From contig JAUQYZ020000169.1 of the NCBI GenBank assembly GCA_030587475.2, positions 1 to 26,013 of the forward strand: a stretch of DNA of 26,013 bases, given 5' to 3'. Source of the stretch: Candidatus Sigynarchaeum calidifontis. GTDB lineage: Archaea; Asgardarchaeota; Lokiarchaeia; Sigyniarchaeales; Sigyniarchaeaceae. A program made the position numbers and the translations under genes. Under the pieces are notes generated by a model. That model was given only the letters and a program-made list of their open reading frames with translations. It did not search any database and had not been told where the DNA came from. Shown here one piece after another: positions 1 to 7,935 of the stretch. Numbering within the stretch: the first letter of the stretch is position 1; each line of letters opens with the position of its first letter.

Positions 1-730
1 GCATCCCGTCGTTATCAGTATCCCACCAGGCAGGATTTGTGCCCGTGGTGCTCACTTCATACCCATCGAAGAGACCATCATCGTCTGTATCCCAAATCCA
101 TGGATCTGTGGAATAAATGTATTCCTCGGCGCTGGTTAGTAAATCCTCATCAGGATCCGAAGCGCCGTTGTTAACCAGTGGATTTAAACTGTGGGTAACT
201 TCCCATCCGTCGGGCATCGTATCACCATCGGTATCCGGGTTCGATGGAGACGTGCCAAGGTATAAAACCTCATAACCATCGGTTAGGCCATCGTCATCGG
301 AATCATTATCCCTTGGATTCACGCCCTTGGCGTATTCCTCGCGGTTGATCAGTTCATCGCCATCCGCGTCGGAGAACGCGTCATTGCTATCGGTTGGATT
401 CAGAAGGTAGGTAGCCTCCCACCCGTCTGGCATGGTATCACCGTCCGTGTCTACCTTCTTCGGATCGGTACCCCAGGTGATTACTTCGGCCCCGTCTGTC
501 AGCCCGTCCCCGTCGTGATCGGGGTTCTTTGGATTCGTTGTCGACGTATAGATCTCCCAGCTGTCGGTTAAAAAATCCCCATCGGTGTCCGGATTCAAAG
601 GGTTCGTGGTCGAGGTGATGACCTCGTAGCCGTCGGACAAGCCGTCGTGATCTGTATCCGGATCGTTTTGGTTGGTGCCTGTCACCTTGATTTCATGGCC
701 ATCGGATAGCCTGTCGAGATCCGAGTCCAA
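1..730 (-). repeat. Intragenic tandem repeats encoding about 23-25 aa Asp-rich Ca-binding units
   Basis: About ten recurring (T/N)(N/D)P..DxDxDGxxDGxE units; DTDGDTMPDGWE occurs twice. Confidence 0.8.
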
Positions 731-1813
731 AAAGTCGAATTGATAAACCCGGTTGTCTGTACAGCGAGCAACGATGTAGTTCTCGTCGTTCGAGATTCCA
801 GGAGTATAAAAGCGGGAGACGTTCGCCCACAAGCACGGCAAGGATGGGGCAGCCGCGGCCGTGTTAAAAAGCACGATATTGCGGTCCGTCGTGGCAACAC
901 CATAGTTCCCCGCGCTAGAAATCATGGAACCCAGATACGAAGCACCATCCAATGTGGTGTTTGTCCTCACGGCGATGCCGGATTCGAAGACCCGAATAGA
1001 CGTGCTACTGTGGCCCATGCATTTCTGCGCGTTGTCGGTCACCGAAATACTATCGAGTCGGTATCCCGAAAGGGAATATCCCGATTCAACCTTGTAGATG
1101 TAATCCGTCGTGGTTGATGTCCAGGTTTGCGTGCCGTCCGCGGATATGGCAACCATCTTTGGCGCCCCGTTGAGTCCTGTGCTATAAGTAGGGTTAGGAT
1201 TCCCGCCTAACATCATGAACTTGAAGAAGTTCGTTGTTCCTGCCACGTTCACGGCGGCGGCGACAGTTCCCGCCGTTCGTGCCATCGACACCGAAACGGC
1301 CAGGTTTGTCATGGGCCCGGAGGCAAGCATTACGCCCCCGCCAGGATTGAATTGAAAGAGCCTTGGGCTGTTTCTCGATCCCCCAACGAAATAGCCATTA
1401 TCGTCGATCGCCACGCATTGCATCTGCTCGGGTGAATTCGTGATGAAGAGTTGGTTCCCGCTTGCATCATAACCGGCAAATCTATTATTGTCGAACAATA
1501 CAATCGCCCTGCCGTTTCGCGAAATCGCCCATGTATTCACACTTCCGGGAATAGTGTTCGATCTCAAGATGTTCCCTTCGACATCGTAAAGAGTCAATAC
1601 TTGGCCTCGCAGCACGTAGAACCGGTTGTTATCCGGCACGGCTTTCACCTCGTAGGGGCTTGTTGCACCGCCGGGCGGGTCGAGGCTTAGTCTTTGCGTT
1701 CGTATCGGAACCGGATTCGCCACTGCTTGACTCGATTGCGCTGTAACGCAAAAAACAACGACAGCAATCCCGAGAGCAAGTAGGGCGAATTTCAAGATTT
1801 TGGTTTTATGCAT
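1..1813 (-). CDS. Secreted/cell-surface protein: signal peptide, beta-propeller-like region and tandem Ca-binding thrombospondin type 3-like repeats (3' end outside window)
   Basis: Not in the ORF track because it runs off the window. Manual translation from ATG 1813 (SD-like GAGGTTGA upstream) gives MHKTKILKFALLALGIAVVVFCVTAQS..., a beta-rich region, then many DxDxDGxxDGxE units (DTDHDGLSDGYE, DHDGDGLTDGAE, DTDGDTMPDGWE, DSDDDGLTDGYE). Confidence 0.85.
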   Translation of the reverse strand, partial: MHKTKILKFALLALGIAVVVFCVTAQSSQAVANPVPIRTQRLSLDPPGGATSPYEVKAVPDNNRFYVLRGQVLTLYDVEGNILRSNTIPGSVNTWAISRNGRAIVLFDNNRFAGYDASGNQLFITNSPEQMQCVAIDDNGYFVGGSRNSPRLFQFNPGGGVMLASGPMTNLAVSVSMARTAGTVAAAVNVAGTTNFFKFMMLGGNPNPTYSTGLNGAPKMVAISADGTQTWTSTTTDYIYKVESGYSLSGYRLDSISVTDNAQKCMGHSSTSIRVFESGIAVRTNTTLDGASYLGSMISSAGNYGVATTDRNIVLFNTAAAAPSLPCLWANVSRFYTPGISNDENYIVARCTDNRVYQFDFLDSDLDRLSDGHEIKVTGTNQNDPDTDHDGLSDGYEVITSTTNPLNPDTDGDFLTDSWEIYTSTTNPKNPDHDGDGLTDGAEVITWGTDPKKVDTDGDTMPDGWEATYLLNPTDSNDAFSDADGDELINREEYAKGVNPRDNDSDDDGLTDGYEVLYLGTSPSNPDTDGDTMPDGWEVTHSLNPLVNNGASDPDEDLLTSAEEYIYSTDPWIWDTDDDGLFDGYEVSTTGTNPAWWDTDNDGM

Positions 1814-2210
1814 TTCTCGATCAACCTCTTTTTTTCACCATTATATCCAGTCTATTCTTTTTTGGATCGCAAGAAGCACCTTTCATCTTTTTCCATTCTA
1901 CGATTTACCGAACTGAACTGGGGTTTATGACGAGTTTTGTATTGTTTTTTCCCACTCTAAGTTATAGATTGTACTAGCACATGAACATGTTATGGAAAAC
2001 ACGTCATGGTTATTGCTTGGATACTCTCAAAAATTTAAAGCGTTTCGTTCAATTCCTAGCGTTTGATAAAGATCTTTTTTTATCGACAAAGATGCTCTCA
2101 CTTCCCCTCGTGAATACACTCAAGAAAAACGAAACCTTGAGATTTGAATCAAGCTTGGAAGAGAATACATATGAAAAAAATGAAGATCCGAGAAGAGAGG
2201 TGATGATAAA

Positions 2211-2876
2211 ATGGAAATATTGAATGCTACCAAGCTAATATGGGACTACCACCACGTGCACCATGCGCTCCAAAAGGCCGAATGCATCATGGCACTCGGC
2301 AGCAACGATATTCGCGTCGCGGAGCACGCGGCACGGCTATATCTCGACGGGTGGGCGCCGCTGCTTGTCATGTCGGGCGGGCTGGGCAATTTCACGAAGG
2401 GCAAGTGGGAAAAAACCGAGGCGGAGACGTTCAAGGACATCGCTGTTTCTGCCGGGGTGCCAGCGGAGAAAATTCTCGTCGAAAACCGTTCGACCAACAC
2501 GGGCGAGAATGTCAAGTTCACGCGGGCCATGTTCGAGCAGCGCGGCCTCTCCCCGGCCAGTTTCATCCTCGTGCAAAAGCCGTTCATGGAGCGGCGCACG
2601 CTGGCCACCTTCGCGAAGGCGTGGCCGGGACCTACGTTCGTGGTCACGTCACCCCCGATCCCCTTTGAAGAATACCCGAATGAAGCCATCCCCCTCGACG
2701 ACTTGATACACACGATGGTCGGCGACTTGCAGCGGATCATGCTCTACCCCGCCAAGGGTTTCCAGATATATCAAGCAGTTCCAGAGGAGGTACACGCTGC
2801 ATACACGTTCCTCGTGCGCGCGGGGTACACGCGGCACTTGATACCCGGGGAACCGCTGATTCCTCCGCGAGCGTGA
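2211..2876 (+). CDS. YdcF/DUF218 family protein
   Basis: Motifs ALGS, LVMSGG, TEAE, ILVENRSTNTGEN and QKPFMERR; SD GAGGTGA upstream. Confidence 0.9.
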   Translation: MEILNATKLIWDYHHVHHALQKAECIMALGSNDIRVAEHAARLYLDGWAPLLVMSGGLGNFTKGKWEKTEAETFKDIAVSAGVPAEKILVENRSTNTGENVKFTRAMFEQRGLSPASFILVQKPFMERRTLATFAKAWPGPTFVVTSPPIPFEEYPNEAIPLDDLIHTMVGDLQRIMLYPAKGFQIYQAVPEEVHAAYTFLVRAGYTRHLIPGEPLIPPRA

Positions 2877-2985
2877 ATCAACGGGTTTTGTCGGAGCATC
2901 GTCGGTAGCTTAAGCCCCGCCGAGCATTGCATTCATCGCGGGCGCAATAAATAAGAGCCGAAATGCCCTCCTCCTAGTCAAGATC

Positions 2986-4593
2986 ATGGCCAAGAAACGA
3001 CCCCGGCAAGATGCCTTCAAGGAGAGCGTGGACGAGCTGCTCGACGTGGGCGCTAACTTGAAAGCGATGGAGCCCCCCGAGCTCCGGCTGGCGACCCGCG
3101 GGCTGACCGAGGTCGAGGGATGGTGGCACGCCGTGCGGGGAACCGCGCTGTTGCGAGCCATCGGCCAGTACCTTGCCATCATGCGGCGACAGGAAGGAAT
3201 CATCCTGGACTTCCTGGACATCCAGTCCGGGCCCGGCATGTTTGTCGTGACCTCCACCGGCGGTAAAAACCAATACACGTTTCCGGGTGTTTCGATGCTC
3301 GCGTCGTGGCAAGCGAGTTTCGGCACCGAGGCGCGGTTCGACCACGTCTACGCGTTCGACGTGGATCCCGAGTACCGGGAAGCAATCCACGCCCGTCTCG
3401 GCTTGCTCTCGGCTCGGCTGGGCAGCGGCGGCATCGCGCCGCCCGGCTTCCACGTCGTCAAGGCAAGTGCCCGCGACGAGACCATCGACACCGGCCAGGC
3501 GATCGACGAGATCATCAAGAACATCCGCGACACGCATGGCAAGTTCTATCATTACTTGGGTTTCATCGATACCGAGGGGCTCGGGGTCAAGTTCTCGGCC
3601 ATCCGAGCTTTACGGGACAAGCTCCCATACGGCGACATTATCATCGACTACGACGCGGCGGCTGTCGAGGATACTCTTGCCACGCCTCGCGGATACAAGG
3701 TGCTTGACGGGTTCTTTGGCACCGCGGTGCCACGGGGAGATATCGCGTTGGGTCTGAAAGAACTTTACATCGCGCAGCTAAAACTTGTCGGATTTCGCAG
3801 CGTCGATGCGATCAGCGCGTCGCCCGCGGGCACTCCTTGCAAGCGGGAGTTGCTCTTCTGCAGCCGCGTCGAAAAGCCCGCGTGGGCGCCGATGGTGGTT
3901 AGCTTGAACGATCGTCTGTCCTGCATGACCGGCGAGATGATCGATGGTTTCTGGCGGGAAGCCGGGCGCAAGGCTCCCACGCTGCTCGATATGCTCGAGG
4001 CCGTCAAGGGGACGACATCGTCTGGCGGGGCGAATGAAACGGGGGATAAAGGCGCCGGGAGCGGACGGGTGGCCAGTGCCGATCTCGATCTTGCTTTATT
4101 TCAAGGGAAAGAGGGATTCGTCCGCCCCTTGCTCGCCGGCAACGACGATTCCACGTGGAAGGGCATCTTGTCAAAAAACGTGTTCGACGTGCTCAAGGTG
4201 AACGGGGATATGGTCGTGGTGAAGAAGCGCATCTCCAACACCGACCTGGTGCCCAAGAGTGCTTGCATCCAGGGAAAAATACGGGAAAAGCTCGGCATTT
4301 CCGCGTTAGAATCGCGGGATATCATCTTGCTTGACCGGCGTTCCCGCCAGTTCGGGCCAGCCTCGTTTCCCGGTGATGGCCGGCTCGACGGCACGGGGTT
4401 TTGGCTCCAGCTCTACAAGGAACGCTTGCAAGACGGGAATCTCGTGTTCCTGTCCAAGGTCGTCGATGCCAAGAAAATCGTGATCATCATCGATTTTTTC
4501 CAGCAGCTCTATCCGATCATCTCGTTTTTGCGGGATTATTATCAATTCTACAAGGAAATGCGCGATAGCAGCGGGGCATTCGAGTTCTCATGA
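2986..4593 (+). CDS. TcmP-like (three-Cys-motif partner, SAM-methyltransferase fold) domain fused to a C-terminal domain with kinase-like remnants
   Basis: FLDIQSGPG resembles YIDxFAGPG, then YAFDVD, FIDTEG (cf. FLDPxG), GDIII, LYIAQL and ELLFCS follow in the TcmP motif order. A Gly/Ser linker precedes about 170 extra residues. Confidence 0.6.
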   Translation: MAKKRPRQDAFKESVDELLDVGANLKAMEPPELRLATRGLTEVEGWWHAVRGTALLRAIGQYLAIMRRQEGIILDFLDIQSGPGMFVVTSTGGKNQYTFPGVSMLASWQASFGTEARFDHVYAFDVDPEYREAIHARLGLLSARLGSGGIAPPGFHVVKASARDETIDTGQAIDEIIKNIRDTHGKFYHYLGFIDTEGLGVKFSAIRALRDKLPYGDIIIDYDAAAVEDTLATPRGYKVLDGFFGTAVPRGDIALGLKELYIAQLKLVGFRSVDAISASPAGTPCKRELLFCSRVEKPAWAPMVVSLNDRLSCMTGEMIDGFWREAGRKAPTLLDMLEAVKGTTSSGGANETGDKGAGSGRVASADLDLALFQGKEGFVRPLLAGNDDSTWKGILSKNVFDVLKVNGDMVVVKKRISNTDLVPKSACIQGKIREKLGISALESRDIILLDRRSRQFGPASFPGDGRLDGTGFWLQLYKERLQDGNLVFLSKVVDAKKIVIIIDFFQQLYPIISFLRDYYQFYKEMRDSSGAFEFS

Positions 4594-4676
4594 GAAATGA
4601 TACAATCATGGTGCCCCCTCCACTTTCATGCGACAAGTCGCCTTGGATCATCAATTATGCATCCTGTGTGTAAATA

Positions 4677-5189
4677 TTATTCTGCCTTGCCATGAAGTCG
4701 TGGCTTGATACTTGTCCACTTGATACACGCATCCTTGCTTATAAACTGGTTTTCGACAAGTAACTTCACGAAATCACCATCTTCGGTTAAAAATGCCCCT
4801 TTTTTCGAGATGGCACACGATGCGATTAAACAGTCAAGTAGATCGTCGTGACCGGCAAGGCGGATCTTCGTAGCTATTGCCATGCAGGCGGGGCTCATAA
4901 GAGGGTCGAGGAGCCGGACAACCTTTGATTCCTTGATAGTCGGAAAGCCCATTTCATACCGCGCGAGGATCGAAGCATCTTGTTGCTTCTTGTATTCCCG
5001 GTTCAGCTTGAACAAGATCTCCAGCAAGCACGTCGTGGGGAGGACGAGATCGAACCCCGGCATACCCCGGCTCCAGAGGCACTCCAACGGATTTTCACCG
5101 CTCTTGGAGCTGGCGAGTTCTTCAACGTCGATGCCAAATAACGGGAGAGCATAAGTCGTGTCGAGGACAAGTAATCGACGCGATTCCAT
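4677..5189 (-). CDS. vapC: PIN-domain ribonuclease (VapC-type toxin)
   Basis: LVLDTT, LLEI, DLLDCLIASCA and FLTED acidic PIN motifs; start overlaps the stop of the upstream antitoxin. Confidence 0.85.
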   Translation of the reverse strand: MESRRLLVLDTTYALPLFGIDVEELASSKSGENPLECLWSRGMPGFDLVLPTTCLLEILFKLNREYKKQQDASILARYEMGFPTIKESKVVRLLDPLMSPACMAIATKIRLAGHDDLLDCLIASCAISKKGAFLTEDGDFVKLLVENQFISKDACIKWTSIKPRLHGKAE

Positions 5190-5452
5190 CAGCGTGCCTC
5201 CAATTTCTTGGCTTCCTCATCCAGCTCGGCTTCGATCGAGCTTGCGGATTGGGACGTGATCCGAGGCAAGTTTAATAGTTCCTTGACGGAAAAAATTCTC
5301 TTGATGATGAGCTGGTTAGGTTCAGCCTCGACGAGCACGTGATCTCCCGGGGCGATGTTTGCAATCTCGCGAAGTGCCTTCTTGGGAAGGATCTCGCCTT
5401 TTTTACCAACGATGATCTCATCTTGCATGAGTAACCATTCGTCGGAAAACAT
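5189..5452 (-). CDS. vapB: AbrB/MazE/SpoVT-family antitoxin (start may be ATG 5428)
   Basis: VGKKGEILPKKALREIANIAPGD is a swapped-hairpin signature; translationally coupled to the PIN gene. Confidence 0.85.
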   Translation of the reverse strand: MFSDEWLLMQDEIIVGKKGEILPKKALREIANIAPGDHVLVEAEPNQLIIKRIFSVKELLNLPRITSQSASSIEAELDEEAKKLEAR

Positions 5453-5578
5453 TTATTCTTTTCCGAAAATCGAAAAAAGTCAGAAAATAATACTTTTCTT
5501 CTCCAATTAACCATAACCAACAAGAACCAGATCACGACAGGGCACTTTGGCGAAAGAAATTCGTAAACGGTTGAAAAA

Positions 5579-5873
5579 ATGATATCTCGATTCCATCTTG
5601 AAGCCAAAGCAGAGTTCGATGCGGCTGTCGATTTTTATGAGTCCCGCCAACCTAATCTAGGCACCGATTTCTCGAAAGTTGTGTTCGATTCTATTAAAAT
5701 GATCCTTGAATATCCGGATTCTTGGACACCCGTTTATGGCAAATATCGACGATGTTTAACTCGGCGATTCCCGTACGGGATAATCTATTATAAAGAAGGG
5801 GATACCATCAACATCATTTGCAATTATGCTACTAAATAGGGAACCTGGCTATTGGAAAGGACGAAAAAACTGA
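5579..5873 (+). pseudogene. RelE/ParE-family toxin with a 1-nt frameshift near the 3' end
   Basis: FHLEAKAEFDAAVDFYE...RRCLTRRFPYGIIY. The family-typical tail AIMLLNREPGYWKGRKN* continues in another frame after TTT at 5817-5819 and ends at TGA 5871-5873. Confidence 0.75.
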
Positions 5874-5904
5874 AATAAAAGAGAATCGTGTAATGTTCCT
5901 AATT

Positions 5905-7098
5905 TCAGACTTTCATCGTGATCCAGTCGGCGACCTGAGGGATCATCGAGGGAAGCCCCTTTTCGAAGGCGTTCACGAGCTCGCGGAACATCATCGCGGC
6001 GGTCGGATGGAACATCATGGCGAGATCCATGCCGGCGACCGCCAGGCAGATGGCCGTGTAGCATTCCCAGAGCGGCCCGCGGAGATCGCGGATGCCCCAC
6101 TCGGGGTGCTTCGACTCGCTCATCCAGGCCTCTCTGGCACCCCACGCGTTCGTTGTCCCCGCGCTCATGGGGAAAGCAAGGTCGGTATCGCCCCGTAAAC
6201 CGGCGAGATGATAGCGCTGGTAGATGCTGTACGAGTACTCCAGGCCGTAACCGAGCGTGGCGCACGTCGGATCCATGAGAATCCGGTCGCGGGGAAGGCC
6301 GAGTTCAAGAGCAGAGCGACAAATCTTCTTTTGCGCGTTCGGGTCTAATTGCGTCCATAAAAGAACGTTGTGTCCATATTTCATGGCAATCGGGACTACT
6401 TTATCGACGGTTTCAACCTTCGCGGCTGAGAGCATCAAGCGCTCGCCTTGCGTCGCCGCCGCCACGGCCTCGAACATCTGGAGATCCTTCTCGTCGTTGC
6501 CGGACGAGCCGATCGAAACTGGCACCTTCACCGCCTGCAGCACGTTCTCCATGAGCTTGGCCGACTCCTTCGGCGGCGTGTTCTTGACCGCGGGGTCGGT
6601 CGAGACGAAGTGCAGCGAGAGCATCTGGGCGCCGAATTTCTTCACGGCGAGCTTTGCCCACTCGACCGGATTGTGCAGGATGTCCTCGCCGTACTTGTCC
6701 TTGATAGGGCCAGGCACGTGCGTGACGTGGTCGAACACGTCGTAGATCACGACCGGCGGGTTCGGGTTCTTCGATTTCTCCCAGCCATAGAAATGTGGGA
6801 CGCTCTCGCCACCGATCTTCACGGTCGTGCCGTTGGATCGCTTGAACGTGATCTCCGCGATCTTTTGCGTGTATTGCTGGTAAGGAATCTCGAATTTCGT
6901 CGCCTCCCAGTTAAAATCCTTCAGCGTCTTTCCCGCGGCGAGCTCGGGCGCGATCATGCGCTGCGCGACGCTTGACACGAGTTGCGGCAAGAAATGTAGC
7001 TCCAGGGTCTCGGCGGCGAGATCCACATCGTCTAACTCGATTTCGCCCACGTCTTGGAGGACCTTGGCGAGTGATTTTGATAATTTTTCAATGTCCAT
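5905..7098 (-). CDS. cdhD: CO dehydrogenase/acetyl-CoA synthase complex subunit delta (small corrinoid Fe-S protein subunit)
   Basis: KIGGE, YDVFD, NPVEWAK, STDP, GNDEKD, MDPTCATLGYGLEYSYS, NAWGAREAW, RGPLWE and MMFHP. Confidence 0.93.
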   Translation of the reverse strand: MDIEKLSKSLAKVLQDVGEIELDDVDLAAETLELHFLPQLVSSVAQRMIAPELAAGKTLKDFNWEATKFEIPYQQYTQKIAEITFKRSNGTTVKIGGESVPHFYGWEKSKNPNPPVVIYDVFDHVTHVPGPIKDKYGEDILHNPVEWAKLAVKKFGAQMLSLHFVSTDPAVKNTPPKESAKLMENVLQAVKVPVSIGSSGNDEKDLQMFEAVAAATQGERLMLSAAKVETVDKVVPIAMKYGHNVLLWTQLDPNAQKKICRSALELGLPRDRILMDPTCATLGYGLEYSYSIYQRYHLAGLRGDTDLAFPMSAGTTNAWGAREAWMSESKHPEWGIRDLRGPLWECYTAICLAVAGMDLAMMFHPTAAMMFRELVNAFEKGLPSMIPQVADWITMKV

Positions 7099-7332
7099 GA
7101 ACGTTCACTGGCATTTTTGTCAACAAAAGCCGGATGATCTAGATTCGTCTTTGCGCATATTAAATGTTTAACGAGCCGCGATGCCCGGAAGGCGCCATGG
7201 CCGGCGGATGAATGGTGAATGGACGCGCCTCCCGCGCCGTCCCTTGCATCCCACGACAGCATCTTCAAAAGCATGCGGTTCAAAGATTGCATCATATCAA
7301 TAGAAGCGTCATTGCATGGCATCGTGATGATC

Positions 7333-7497
7333 ATGAGCTCAAGCGAAACGCCCGTTGATGTGCCACCCGCCGTGGGCCGCAAGATCGGGATCGCAATCGC
7401 GATCACGGCCATCGCCGTGGTCGCCATCATCATCGTCTTGATATTTATCACCGGGGGCTTTTTCGCGCCCGCAGTTGGTGGCGGTTGACACGGCTAG
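7333..7497 (+). CDS. Candidate 54-aa single-pass membrane selenoprotein (UGA 7486-7488 read as Sec; C-terminus APAVGGG-U-HG)
   Basis: ATG 7333 (alternative 7327), then MSSSETPVDVPPAVGRK, a hydrophobic helix of more than 20 aa, and GGT GGC GGT TGA CAC GGC TAG. A SECIS-like hairpin and T-tract follow. Confidence 0.65.
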
Positions 7498-7515
7498 GAC
7501 ACCCGAACTCGCGAT

Positions 7516-7607
7516 CACGTGTTTCCGGATGACCATGACGGCAGGCCGCAAAACCCGAGGGCCCGCCCGAGTGCACCCCGCACGGTGCGATCCGGCCGGC
7601 ACGCGTG
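7516..7607 (+). promoter_or_regulatory. Eukaryote/Loki-type SECIS-like element
   Basis: AUGA at 7535-7538. Helix GGCAGGCC (7540-7547) pairs with GGCCCGCC (7560-7567) with one A.C mismatch. Unpaired AAAA 7550-7553 begins after an 11-nt spacer from AUGA. GA 7569-7570 is in register for tandem G.A pairs. Basal helices are CCGGAU/AUCCGG (7525-7530/7590-7595) and CACGUGU/ACGCGUG (7516-7522/7601-7607). Confidence 0.65.
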
Positions 7608-7624
7608 CATCCCTCCACGTGTCG

Positions 7625-7636
7625 TTTCCTTTTTTT
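7625..7636 (+). terminator. Archaeal oligo-T terminator
   Basis: TTTCCTTTTTTT just 3' of the SECIS-like structure. Confidence 0.55.
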
Positions 7637-7711
7637 CTATCGGGTTAATGAAATTTTAAAGGGCGCGGTGGGCGGGGTTCCGCCCGGCATCCACGTCCCG
7701 TGATTGCAAGC

Positions 7712-7935
7712 ATGAGCGAATCGCTAGGGGATCCACGGAAGTACCATCCACCATGGAATACACTCTCATCGCTGGCTCGATCATCATCGCCGCCGTGATC
7801 TCCGTCCTCGTCATGGTCGCGATCTTCCGCGGTGGCGCGGCGCCAGACCCTTGCCATGCGGTTGGCACGGCAATCAAGGCCGTTACCAACTTGCGGGGCA
7901 CCGACCTGTTCTCCATGATCGTGCCTCGCAAATAA
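7712..7935 (+). pseudogene. Diverged tandem paralog of the 7333 micro-protein; either frameshifted or expressed as the 60-aa ORF 7753-7935
   Basis: Collinear matches at a 377-381 bp offset: ATGAGC start, 14/19 nt at 7357-7375 vs 7738-7756, a TM helix ending in GG, GCGGTTG[A/G]CACGGC at 13/14, and CCATGA-N8-CGCAAA. Confidence 0.55.

Noticed and set aside
1981-2223. 80-aa ORF upstream of the YdcF gene
   Set aside because: Lies in an AT-rich divergent promoter region, has atypical codon usage and overlaps the SD of the next gene.
5899-5907. cdhD stop TGA followed closely by TAG (TGA AAT TAG)
   Set aside because: The protein is already complete, there is no redox motif context, and no SECIS-like element is seen downstream.
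7219-7332. Upstream extension of the micro-protein ORF to ATG 7219
   Set aside because: The tandem paralog aligns from ATGAGC at 7333, and an SD-like GTGA lies just before it. The extension is probably promoter or UTR.
7477-7488. Reading TGA as a true stop, giving a membrane peptide ending in a ubiquitin/SAMP-like Gly-Gly
   Set aside because: There is no beta-grasp domain, and this reading does not explain the SECIS-like hairpin or the CACGGC conserved in the paralog. It is less favoured but not excluded.
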